A stretch of DNA of 32,000 nt. It comes from an uncultured bacterium. Lineage in GTDB: Bacteria > Patescibacteriota > Gracilibacteria > UBA1369 > PNNO01. How positions within the stretch are numbered: the first letter of the stretch is position 1; each line of letters begins with the position of its first letter. The DNA lies in the NCBI GenBank assembly GCA_963704705.1, contig OY969931.1:690001-722000 (forward strand), written 5' to 3'. This document shows positions 7,675 to 18,445 of the stretch, in pieces. The notes beneath the pieces were generated by a model. The model was not told the origin of the DNA. It ran no database searches and worked only from the letters and a program-made list of their open reading frames with translations. Both the position numbers and the translations under genes were made by a program.

Positions 7675-10098
7675 ATGAAAAATCCAAACAATGATTTGGC
7701 TACTGCAAAGCCAAAGAGAAAAGGATGGCTACTACTTGTCATTTCTTTAATTGTACTTATTGCTGCGGTTATAATAATTGTATTAACCCAAAGCGGTCAG
7801 TTCTTTAAAGGTGAAGTATCTGTCCAACCTGGTGTTTTAGGCCAGGCTGTAGTATCTAAAAGTTCAATAACCGAAATTTCCAATGGTCCTTTTCTGCATG
7901 TTTCAACCACACATGGTGTAGCTTGCCCAGTTGGATCTGTTTTAGGAACAGCTAGTTGTCCGTTTAGTACAATTGATGAAGCAGAGCAACAAATTAAAAG
8001 CAAAAATCTTGATACAGTTGAAATAAGACTTATGGGAGGTGATATTTTCAGAGATGAAAATGGAGTTGAATTATCTGGTGGCAGAAAATCAATTATTGGT
8101 GGATGGGATGAATCTTTCAGTAAAATTACAGATACTCCATCAACTTTCTTCTTTAATATCAAGATAAATAATGCAAATGGCTCAATCCAGAATTTGAATA
8201 CTTATAATGCCGGAACAGCCAAACCATTCATAGAAATTAATAATAATGGAGCAAGCGATGGTACAAATTTTGATGTTAAAAATATTATTTTTAATAATAT
8301 TATCAATACTAATAGTTTGATTAAGTTTTCGGGTGATAATTATAAATCAACCGGTACAATTGCAAATGTAATTGTCTATAATTCAAAAGTTACAAATGGA
8401 TCGTTGATTGAAGTTAATGGAAATCCGGCAGTTAAAATTCAAAGAAATCATTTGAATGCATCTGATGCCGATAATTCATTAATTCATGTTGATTCAAATG
8501 TTGAAATTACCAATAACTTAATTACAAATACACCAAGTAATGGAATGAATACTCAAAACGCAGTATTAATTGATTCAGGTGATGATGTTAAATTGATAAA
8601 TAATACTATCGTAAACAATAATTTTGCTGATTTTGCTGTAAAACAAACCGGTGAAGGTTTTATGTGGATTTTCAATAATTTGATTGATGATAATACAAAG
8701 GCTTTAATATTTAATATGGCTGAAATCAATCAGCTTACAGCAAAAGGCAACACCTGGGGAATCATAGATTATCGTGAAACCAAATCCCTTGGTGTAAATG
8801 AGACTTCAAATTTTAGCTGTAATCCTAAATTTGCTGGTGGTGATAAAAATTCACCATTATATTATAAATTAGGCGGCGATTCAGATTGTTTAGATAGAGG
8901 ATGGGGAGTTGATAATGTTGTTAAATTAGCAACCCCTGATTATTTTGGAGTGAACAGACCAACAGGTGCAGGAGTCGATCCTGGATTTAGTGAATATATT
9001 ATTAATTTTCAGTGGGCACCACTTGCACCAATACAAGTTGGTGTTTATAACTTTCCGCCAGTTTGCGGAAACGGCACACTTGAAAGTGAAGAAGAATGCG
9101 ATGATGGAAATACTGTTGATGGAGATGGTTGTAGTGCAACTTGTACTATTGAAGAAGAAATATCACCTGTTTGCGGTAATTCTACGGTAGAACAAGGAGA
9201 GCAATGTGATGATGGAAATACAACAAACGGTGATGGATGTTCATCTACATGCCAAACAGAACAATCAATAGCAGCTGTTTGCGGTAATGGTAACCTTGAA
9301 CAAGGTGAAGAGTGTGATGATGGAAATATTATTGATGGAGATGGTTGTAGCGCAATTTGTGAAAATGAAGAAGAAGATGTTGATCTTTGCCCAAATATAA
9401 CTGGTATTCAGACTGAAATTCCAACAGGTAAACATATTGATTCAAACGGAGACTGTGTCGATTCAGAAGCTCCTGATGCTTGTCCAAATATTTCCGGATA
9501 TCAATCTGATATTCCAAGCGGATATCAAAAAGACAGTAATGATAATTGCGTTCCTTTAGAAGAAGTTGCTTGCGGCGACTGGTCAGATGTAAGCGATAAC
9601 GACCCTGAGTATGACATTTGGGTTTGGTTATGCGACAGAGGCATCTTTAAAGGAAACGAAGATGGAACATTGAGACCTGATGATAAATTAACCAGAGCTG
9701 AATTATTGGCCTTGGCATTTAGAGCAAGTGATTATGAAAATGAATATGAATTAGATAATGAGGCGTCTTATTGTTTCAATGATGTAGATGATCAATGGTT
9801 TGCTCCGTACGCATGTACTGCTGCTGATTTAGGGTTTGTTGAAGGATATACCGGAAATGTATTCAAACCGGGTAATACCGTTATTCTTGCTGAAGGTTTA
9901 AAGATGTTCCTTGGGGCGCTTGATGAACCTTATGCAATCAATCCAAATCCAAACAGATGGTATTATGATATGTTGCAGGATGCAGCTGATAATAATTATC
10001 TACCATACACTTTAACTGATGAAAGTGTTGTTGGACCAATTGAACTAACAAGAAGAAAAGCAGCTAATATGCTTTATAGAATTCTTATCTACAGATAA
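7675..10098 (+). CDS. Large envelope-associated surface protein: N-terminal TM, beta-helix-like region, three Cys-rich DUF4215-type repeats, two CPN-type repeats, SLH domains
   Basis: TM at MKNPN...GWLLLVISLIVLIAAVIIIVLTQ; ladder of short N/I/V-rich repeats (KNIIFNNIINTN...VEITNNLITNTP...LINNTIVNNN); three copies of VCGNG/SxxxxEEECDDGNxxxGDGCSxxC; SLH-like FNDVDDQWFAPYACTAADLGFVEGYTGNVFKPGNTVILAE. Confidence 0.85.
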   Translation: MKNPNNDLATAKPKRKGWLLLVISLIVLIAAVIIIVLTQSGQFFKGEVSVQPGVLGQAVVSKSSITEISNGPFLHVSTTHGVACPVGSVLGTASCPFSTIDEAEQQIKSKNLDTVEIRLMGGDIFRDENGVELSGGRKSIIGGWDESFSKITDTPSTFFFNIKINNANGSIQNLNTYNAGTAKPFIEINNNGASDGTNFDVKNIIFNNIINTNSLIKFSGDNYKSTGTIANVIVYNSKVTNGSLIEVNGNPAVKIQRNHLNASDADNSLIHVDSNVEITNNLITNTPSNGMNTQNAVLIDSGDDVKLINNTIVNNNFADFAVKQTGEGFMWIFNNLIDDNTKALIFNMAEINQLTAKGNTWGIIDYRETKSLGVNETSNFSCNPKFAGGDKNSPLYYKLGGDSDCLDRGWGVDNVVKLATPDYFGVNRPTGAGVDPGFSEYIINFQWAPLAPIQVGVYNFPPVCGNGTLESEEECDDGNTVDGDGCSATCTIEEEISPVCGNSTVEQGEQCDDGNTTNGDGCSSTCQTEQSIAAVCGNGNLEQGEECDDGNIIDGDGCSAICENEEEDVDLCPNITGIQTEIPTGKHIDSNGDCVDSEAPDACPNISGYQSDIPSGYQKDSNDNCVPLEEVACGDWSDVSDNDPEYDIWVWLCDRGIFKGNEDGTLRPDDKLTRAELLALAFRASDYENEYELDNEASYCFNDVDDQWFAPYACTAADLGFVEGYTGNVFKPGNTVILAEGLKMFLGALDEPYAINPNPNRWYYDMLQDAADNNYLPYTLTDESVVGPIELTRRKAANMLYRILIYR
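9061..9363 (+). repeat. Three tandem Cys-rich modules (DUF4215 / Myxococcus cysteine-rich repeat-like)
   Basis: VCGNGTLESEEECDDGNTVDGDGCSATC / VCGNSTVEQGEQCDDGNTTNGDGCSSTC / VCGNGNLEQGEECDDGNIIDGDGCSAIC. Confidence 0.85.
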
Positions 10099-10109
10099 AA
10101 ATATTAAAT

Positions 10110-10147
10110 AAAAAGGCTGCCTATTTAATTTATAGGCGGCTTTTTTT
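10110..10147. terminator. Bidirectional intrinsic terminator between convergent genes
   Basis: aaaaaggctgccta tttaattta taggcggcttttttt: GC-rich stem (one mismatch) with A-tract and T-tract. Confidence 0.8.
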
Positions 10148-10613
10148 ATATTGTAAGTGCAAATTGAATTAAATTCACAACAACCCACGCAACTAAAACA
10201 ATCACAATGCCTATTAATGCATTTTTAATTGTGCCTTTTGCCTTATCTTGGGCTTCCGAGGCTCCTGACATTATATACTGAAAACCAGCGATAACTAAAA
10301 ATAAAATTGCAACCAGTCCGGAAAGTCCAATAGCAAATTCAATAAAATAAACAATATAAAAAGGAATCATCCAGAATTTGATTTTGCCAGTAATAATTGA
10401 ACATGCGAGCACATCGTTTTTATCTGTTGTTGATTTTTTTTTAAAATCCTGAACAGGATCAGATGATATTTGAAAATCATCCATTAATTTGTTGCAATCA
10501 ACAGATACTGACTTTTCAGGCAATAAAGTTCCTGCTTCCTGCGCCAAAACTAAATTTGCAGTGTTTAAAAACAGTAAAAGTGCTAATATGCTTGTTGATA
10601 TAATTCGTTTCAT
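10146..10613 (-). CDS. TrbC/VirB2-like pilin family small membrane protein
   Basis: Signal peptide-like N-terminus, then two TM helices: LVAILFLVIAGFQYIMSGASEAQDKAKGTIKNALIGIVIVLVAWVVVNLI, the typical TrbC/VirB2-like pattern. Confidence 0.75.
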   Translation of the reverse strand: MKRIISTSILALLLFLNTANLVLAQEAGTLLPEKSVSVDCNKLMDDFQISSDPVQDFKKKSTTDKNDVLACSIITGKIKFWMIPFYIVYFIEFAIGLSGLVAILFLVIAGFQYIMSGASEAQDKAKGTIKNALIGIVIVLVAWVVVNLIQFALTI

Positions 10614-10636
10614 GGAATAATTATAACATATAAGAA

Positions 10637-11968
10637 ATGAAAGCGTTAATAGCTATTGTAGGAAGACCAAATGTAGGTAAATCAACACTCTTCAACCGAC
10701 TTATCGGAAAACGGCTTGCAGTAATATCAACTGAAGCAGGCACAACAAGAGATAGAATCTATCATGATTTTGAATTTGGTAAATTTGAAGCAACACTTGT
10801 TGATACAGGAGGTTTGGAATACGGTAAAAAAGAAAGTATTGAAGCTGATATTAAAGCGCAGGCGGAGTTAGCTATTGAAGAAGCGGATTTAATTTATTTT
10901 GTTTTGGATTCCAGTGAAGATCCGAATGTTGATGATTTTGCTGCAGCAGATATTTTAAGAAAATCTAAAAAACCAGTAATTTTGATTGCTAATAAGTATG
11001 ATCATAAATCAGCTGACGACAAAATGATTGAATTTTATAAATTAGGTTTCGGAGATTCAATCGGTGTTTCAGGAATACATAATATTGGTTTAGATGAGCT
11101 TATTGAAACAACAATAACTCAATTAAAAAAACTTAAATTCAGGCAAAAATCCAAAAAAAGAGTTAAATCTACAGAAGAAATCAAAATTTCATTCTTAGGA
11201 AAACCTAATGTTGGAAAATCTTCTTTAGTTAATGCACTTTTAGGCGAAGATCGCGTAATTGTTTCAGATATTCCCGGAACTACAAGAGATACTACCAATA
11301 CTTATATTGAATATGACAGAACTAAATTTACATTAATCGATACTGCCGGCCTTAAAAGACGCAGTAAGATCAAAAAGGGGATTGAGAAATTTAGCAGTTT
11401 AAGATGCTTTCATGCTCTTGATAACAGCGATATCGCCTTATTAATCATTGATTTTAATGAAGAAATCTCAAAACAGGATATGCACGTTGCTGAATTTATA
11501 TTGGAAGCTAAAAAAGGAGTAATAATTGTTGTTAATAAAGTTGATTTGGCTGAAGACGAAGAAGCTCGTGAAAAATTTGCCCGTAAAATTCAAAGAAAGT
11601 TCGTTTTTATGCCATGGGCACCATTATTATTTGTTTCAGCTCTGCATAGGAAGAATATTGAACAAATATATATTCTTGCAAAGGAAATTATTGAACAACG
11701 AAAAAAACGCATTCCTACTAGTGAATTAAACAATTTTGTTAAAAGAATTATTTATAAACACGTTCCTTCGGGCACAAAAAATATTAAACCTAAAATACTT
11801 TATGTTAGTCAAACAGGTATTAATCCACCGGAGTTTGTATTTTTTGTGAATCAGGCGAATGCGTTTCATTTTTCATATCGTAGGTATCTTGAAAACGAGC
11901 TTCGTAAAGCCTACGGTTTTCACGGGACCGCAATAACGTTTTGTTTTCGAAGTCGCCCTCCAAAGTAA
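10637..11968 (+). CDS. der: Ribosome biogenesis GTPase Der (EngA)
   Basis: Two G domains (GRPNVGKSTLFNRL, GKPNVGKSSLVNALL), DTGGLEYG, DTAGLKRRSKI and KH-like C-terminus NPPEFVFFVNQANAFHFSYRRYLENELRKAYGFHGTAITFCFR. Confidence 0.97.
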   Translation: MKALIAIVGRPNVGKSTLFNRLIGKRLAVISTEAGTTRDRIYHDFEFGKFEATLVDTGGLEYGKKESIEADIKAQAELAIEEADLIYFVLDSSEDPNVDDFAAADILRKSKKPVILIANKYDHKSADDKMIEFYKLGFGDSIGVSGIHNIGLDELIETTITQLKKLKFRQKSKKRVKSTEEIKISFLGKPNVGKSSLVNALLGEDRVIVSDIPGTTRDTTNTYIEYDRTKFTLIDTAGLKRRSKIKKGIEKFSSLRCFHALDNSDIALLIIDFNEEISKQDMHVAEFILEAKKGVIIVVNKVDLAEDEEAREKFARKIQRKFVFMPWAPLLFVSALHRKNIEQIYILAKEIIEQRKKRIPTSELNNFVKRIIYKHVPSGTKNIKPKILYVSQTGINPPEFVFFVNQANAFHFSYRRYLENELRKAYGFHGTAITFCFRSRPPK

Positions 11969-12866
11969 CAAATCTTGAAAAATGACTGTATCTTAAATTG
12001 TAAATCTTTTGATATTTTTCACGCATATCAACATCGTGGAATTTAAGCATATTATCCTTAATTATTATGCCATCAGAATTTTCGAGTCTGATTGCTTTTT
12101 TTCTGCTGCGCGACATCTGCCATTTTTTTAAAAGGTTTTCAACTAGATTACCTGACCAGCCTTTAAAAGGAAATTCCAATATTTTTTGAATTCTTATTAA
12201 TATTTTAGATTCAGTAATTAAATGTTTTTGCTGATCTACTTCATAATCAAAATATTTATTAAGCCAAATGTTAGCTTTAATGAATTCTCTATATGTATCT
12301 TGACCTAATAAAGGTCTTAATAACCTGGTCCAGAAGGTTAAATATATATCGTCTTCTTTTTTTATTGAATTTAAATCCAGATTATCCTTAGAAATCATAA
12401 AACTTAAACAAAATCGACCACTTATTTTACTTCCATGCCTGCGAATACCAAGAATTTGCATAAATATCCACGAGAAAGTTCTCGCTAAATACAAACGATT
12501 TTGTTCACTAATAATGAAAAGGTCTATATCGCTGCCTTTTTCTGCATCATAAAAAGATAAACTATTACAAATAGCAACTGTTCTTATAAAAGGCAGTATT
12601 TGCATCCATTTAATATATTTTTTTGCCTTCCTAATTAGTTTATGCGCTCTTGTTTCTTTATCTTTTCTTATTTTTAAAGTTATCGAACGGCCTTTCAGAA
12701 AAACATAATTGTTTGATTCTAATACGAATTCCTGATGATCAATAAAATCTTGCAATTCTTTTAAAGTAGATTTTTTATCGAGTTTATAATCGCAAAGTTC
12801 TTCTTTGGTAAGGGCAAAATCAAAAATATCGAAAAAAACCATTGTTTTTACCAGCGACTCTTTCAT
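11820..12866 (-). CDS. Nucleotidyltransferase-domain protein (GSDIDLF motif), uncharacterised; the track ORF extends to 12935
   Basis: IAVCNSLSFYDAEKGSDIDLFIISEQNRLYLARTF; a start at MKESLVKTMVFFDIFDFALTKEEL (12866) looks more natural than the first in-frame ATG at 12935. Confidence 0.7.
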   Translation of the reverse strand: MKESLVKTMVFFDIFDFALTKEELCDYKLDKKSTLKELQDFIDHQEFVLESNNYVFLKGRSITLKIRKDKETRAHKLIRKAKKYIKWMQILPFIRTVAICNSLSFYDAEKGSDIDLFIISEQNRLYLARTFSWIFMQILGIRRHGSKISGRFCLSFMISKDNLDLNSIKKEDDIYLTFWTRLLRPLLGQDTYREFIKANIWLNKYFDYEVDQQKHLITESKILIRIQKILEFPFKGWSGNLVENLLKKWQMSRSRKKAIRLENSDGIIIKDNMLKFHDVDMREKYQKIYNLRYSHFSRFVTLEGDFENKTLLRSRENRRLYEARFQDTYDMKNETHSPDSQKIQTPVD

Positions 12867-12942
12867 ACTGTAATCATTATACATAACTTGACGATTACTA
12901 GGATTTGGGGCTTTAATATACAGGCAAAGCAACAATTTTTCA

Positions 12943-14961
12943 ATGAAAAATCCTGAAAAAATAATAAATGAAATTCCAAAGAAACCCGGTGTTTATCAAT
13001 TCAAAGATAAAGAGAGAAATATTTTATATGTGGGTAAGGCAATTGATTTACGTAAAAGAGTAAAAAATTACTTCCAACAGACAAATAAACAATCAATTAG
13101 AATCCAGAAAATGGTTTCACAGATTGATGATATTGAAGTTACCATTGTTAACAGTGAACTTGAAGCATTGATTCTTGAAACCAATTTAATAAAAGAAATC
13201 AGACCAAAATATAATATTTTAATGAAAGATGATAAAAATTATGTTTATGTAAAAATAACCAAAAATGAAGATTTTCCTCAGATAAAAATAGTCCGAAAAG
13301 TTGAAAATGACGGAGCACTTTATTTTGGACCTAAAACAGCAGCAGGAAAAGTACGAAAAACACTTGATGTGCTTAAAAAGGTTTTTCCTTATAGACATTG
13401 TAATTTGTTTTTGAAATATGAGAAAAACGGCAATGTTAAAGTATTAAAAAATACAATGAAATATCCTTGTCTGGATTATCATATTAAACGATGTATCGGA
13501 CCTTGTGTATGCAATTGTACAAAAGAAGAATATGACGAAATTATTAAACAAATAATCAGATTTTTAAAAGGTCATACAGATGAAATTATTGAAAATTTAA
13601 CTGTGCAAATGCAAAAAGCCGCCCTTGATAAACAATATGAAAAAGCAGCAAAAATCCGAGATAAATTACATGCAATTAGTGAAATTAGTGAAAAGCAAAT
13701 TATCAGCGCTCCTAACCGTGAAGATATTGATACCATTAACTTTGTATCAGAAGCAGGTCGAATCTTTTTTACGCTATTTATGATCAGGGATGGTAAGCTT
13801 ATAAATCAGGAGAATTTTGAATTTAAATCTGGTGTAGATAAAGAAGATATTAAAGATTACGAGGAAATTTTAGAGTCGTTTATAATTCAGTATTATGAAA
13901 AATGTACTGACTTTCCTAAAGAAATCCTTATTCCGCAGCAAATTCCATCAAGTGATATGCTTGAAAAATGGATTTCCGAATCAAAAGGAACTAAAGTTAA
14001 AATTCTAATTCCTCAAAAAGGAGAAAAAGATAAAATCATTAAACTTGCTGAAAAAAACGCTAAAAACTTTGCAAATTTAAGCAGAATTAAATGGCAAAAT
14101 GATGAGCAAAAACGAAAAAAAGCATTAGAAGAATTAAAAGATAAATTAAATTTAGAAAAACTCCCAAAACGAATTGAATGTTTTGATATATCTCATATAT
14201 CCGGAACAAATCAAGTAGCTTCAATGGTTGTTTTTAAAAACGGAGTACCATCAACTAAAGATTACAGAAGATTCAAAATAAGAACATTAAAAGAAGGCAA
14301 ACCAGATGATTTTGCTGCAATGCTTGAAGTATTAAAAAGAAGATTTTTATATTTAAAAAAGAGCAAAAGTGAAATGAAATTCAGAAAATCAAAAGAAATA
14401 GTAAAAGGAACTTTAAATAATAAAATTATTTTTACATGTAAACATCAGGCAGATAAAGATTTGGATTATTTTTATGATTTAAATATTAAAGATAAACCAG
14501 AAATGATTTTTATTGGTTTAATTCAAAGAGCAAAGAACAACAGAATTTATGTTGCAGTTGGGAAAAAACTCATTGAACAAGCTGAAAAAACAGGTTTTGT
14601 TAAAGTTAAAAAAGTGCCTGATAGTATTAAGATCCAAAAAGGAAAAACTTGTTTACTGTTTAATAAATCAAAATATAAAGAAGAAAAAGGATTCGCTGAA
14701 AAACCGGATTTAATATTGATTGATGGAGGAAAAGGCCAATTATCACAAGGAATAAAGGTTGAAAAAGAATTTAAAACCAATATTAAATTAGTTGCTTTGG
14801 CAAAAAGAAATGAGGATGTTTATATTCCCGGAGGCAATTTGCCAGTGCCATTTGCCAAAGATTCAGAAGCACTTTATTTATTGCAGCAATTACGTGATGA
14901 AGCTCACAGATTTGCAATTACTTATCACAAAAACCTAAGGAGTAAAGAAATGTTTAAATAA
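12943..14961 (+). CDS. uvrC: Excinuclease ABC subunit C
   Basis: GIY-YIG N-terminus (KPGVYQFKDKERNILYVGKAIDLRKRVKNYF), UVR motif, RNase H-like C-terminus (ECFDISHISGTNQVASMVVF; PDLILIDGGKGQLSQG). Confidence 0.96.
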   Translation: MKNPEKIINEIPKKPGVYQFKDKERNILYVGKAIDLRKRVKNYFQQTNKQSIRIQKMVSQIDDIEVTIVNSELEALILETNLIKEIRPKYNILMKDDKNYVYVKITKNEDFPQIKIVRKVENDGALYFGPKTAAGKVRKTLDVLKKVFPYRHCNLFLKYEKNGNVKVLKNTMKYPCLDYHIKRCIGPCVCNCTKEEYDEIIKQIIRFLKGHTDEIIENLTVQMQKAALDKQYEKAAKIRDKLHAISEISEKQIISAPNREDIDTINFVSEAGRIFFTLFMIRDGKLINQENFEFKSGVDKEDIKDYEEILESFIIQYYEKCTDFPKEILIPQQIPSSDMLEKWISESKGTKVKILIPQKGEKDKIIKLAEKNAKNFANLSRIKWQNDEQKRKKALEELKDKLNLEKLPKRIECFDISHISGTNQVASMVVFKNGVPSTKDYRRFKIRTLKEGKPDDFAAMLEVLKRRFLYLKKSKSEMKFRKSKEIVKGTLNNKIIFTCKHQADKDLDYFYDLNIKDKPEMIFIGLIQRAKNNRIYVAVGKKLIEQAEKTGFVKVKKVPDSIKIQKGKTCLLFNKSKYKEEKGFAEKPDLILIDGGKGQLSQGIKVEKEFKTNIKLVALAKRNEDVYIPGGNLPVPFAKDSEALYLLQQLRDEAHRFAITYHKNLRSKEMFK

Positions 14962-15020
14962 CAAAATATGCTACATTCGCTATCGCTCATTCCATAGAGC
15001 TCCGCTAACGCTGTGCTCTG

Positions 15021-15107
15021 TGGTGCCGAAGGAGGGAATCGAACCCTCACCCCATTGCTAGGACACGATTTTGAGTCGTGCGCGTCTACCAATTCCGCCA
15101 CTTCGGC
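15021..15107 (-). tRNA. tRNA-Leu (anticodon CAA), CCA encoded
   Basis: Reverse complement gccgaagtggcggaattggtagacgcgcacgactcaaaatcgtgtcctagcaatggggtgagggttcgattccctccttcggcacca; 7-bp acceptor stem gccgaag/cttcggc, anticodon stem cacga/tcgtg with loop CTCAAAA, TpsiC arm ggttcgattcc, long variable arm. Confidence 0.95.
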
Positions 15108-15149
15108 ATATATAAATTGTTCCTTACTAATATATCGACTTTCTGCTAG

Positions 15150-17077
<1,928 letters not shown>

Positions 17078-17133
17078 CTTGCATTTTATGCGGGTTTTCT
17101 TTAGATTATCATAGCATTTAACTTAATTTAACA

Positions 17134-17505
17134 ATGTACGCAATAGTAGAAATCGCTGGCAAACAATATAAAGTTGCTGAAAACGATCAGCTTGAAGTTG
17201 ATAGATTAGAAGAAGAAAAAGGTAAAATTACCTTTGATACCGTTCTTCTTTACGCAAAAGATGATAAAAATGTAGAAGTTGGCAATCCATATGTAAGCGG
17301 AGCAAAAATTGAAGCTGAAGTTTTAGACCAGACAAAAGGAGATAAAATCAGGGTTTTCAAAATGAAAGCAAAAAAACGTTACAGAAAAACCATTGGTCAC
17401 AGAAAAGCTTTATCCCTAATTGAAATCAAAAAAATCTCAGTAGGTGCGACAAAAACTACAACAGCTAAACCAGCTGCTGAAAAAAAAGAAGAAAAAGCTG
17501 AGTAA
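17134..17505 (+). CDS. rplU: 50S ribosomal protein bL21 with Lys/Ala/Glu-rich tail
   Basis: MYAIVEIAGKQYKVAENDQLEVDRLEEEKG...VKVFKMKAKKRYRKTIGHRKALSLIEIKKI-type bL21 pattern (RVFKMKAKKRYRKTIGHR). Confidence 0.95.
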   Translation: MYAIVEIAGKQYKVAENDQLEVDRLEEEKGKITFDTVLLYAKDDKNVEVGNPYVSGAKIEAEVLDQTKGDKIRVFKMKAKKRYRKTIGHRKALSLIEIKKISVGATKTTTAKPAAEKKEEKAE

Positions 17506-17509
17506 TAAT

Positions 17510-18436
17510 TTATGACATATTTGAAATGACCTTCTTAAGTTCTTTGGGAAGGTCTTTTTTTACATTAATTTCAGTTCCATCAGGCATTTTAAACTTAAGT
17601 TCTGCTGCATGTAAAAAAAATCTATTTAAATCAAATAAAGAATTTATTTTTTTATTTCCATATATTTCATCACCAATTACCGGATGACCAATGCTTGCAA
17701 AATGAACTCTGATCTGATGAGTGCGGCCTGTTAAAATTCTTGCTTCCACAAGAGTAAAAAGATTATTTTTAAAATCATATTCACTTTTAACTGTGTATTT
17801 AGTTATTGCTTCACGTCCTTCACCTTCTCCTGATAAAGCAACTTTTTTGTAATCACGCCTTGCTCTTGAAAGAGGAGCATCAATTGTTCCCTGCGGTGTT
17901 TCTAACTTACCTAATACCAAAGCGTAATATATTTTTTCAATCTTTCTATCCTTCATTTTTTTAATCAAATATCTGTGAATTTTATTATTCTTGGCAATTA
18001 TTAAAAGGCCTGATGTGTCTTTATCCAATCTATGCACAATCCCGGGTCTTAATGGACCGCCTATGTTACTAAGCCCTTTTGAACCGAATTTATTGAGTAA
18101 GGCATTAACTAATGAACCTGAAAAATGTTTACCTTCATCAGTAGGATGAACAACCATGCCCGACGGTTTATTTATAATTGCCAAATCTTTATTTTCAAAA
18201 ACAATATCTAATTTAATGTCTTCTGCCTCGGGCATTTTAAATTCTTCAAGATCAGGTAATTTAATATTAATATCATCATCCTCTTTTAATTTATAGTTTG
18301 AGTTTGATGGCTTAAAATTAACCAAAACTTCACCTTCTTTTATTAATTTTTGAATAATTGTACGTGAAAAATCTTTATATTTTTCAGATAAAAATTTATC
18401 GAGCCTTTTGCCTGTATCTTCTTTATCAACAATCAT
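17510..18436 (-). CDS. Pseudouridine synthase, RluA/RluD family
   Basis: S4-like N-terminus plus PLRPGIVHRLDKDTSGLLIIAKNN and ILTGRTHQIRVHFASIGHPVIGDEIYG. Confidence 0.94.
   Translation of the reverse strand: MIVDKEDTGKRLDKFLSEKYKDFSRTIIQKLIKEGEVLVNFKPSNSNYKLKEDDDINIKLPDLEEFKMPEAEDIKLDIVFENKDLAIINKPSGMVVHPTDEGKHFSGSLVNALLNKFGSKGLSNIGGPLRPGIVHRLDKDTSGLLIIAKNNKIHRYLIKKMKDRKIEKIYYALVLGKLETPQGTIDAPLSRARRDYKKVALSGEGEGREAITKYTVKSEYDFKNNLFTLVEARILTGRTHQIRVHFASIGHPVIGDEIYGNKKINSLFDLNRFFLHAAELKFKMPDGTEINVKKDLPKELKKVISNMS
17528..17561 (+). terminator. Intrinsic terminator for rplU located inside the 3' coding end of the convergent pseudouridine synthase gene
   Basis: GACCTTC-(13 nt)-GAAGGTC-TTTTTTT on plus strand. 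Confidence 0.7.
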
Positions 18437-18445
18437 AGAATAAAT

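Noticed and set aside
8966-9190. 74-aa plus-strand ORF inside the surface protein
   Set aside because: Alternate frame of the Cys-rich repeat region; no start or composition support.
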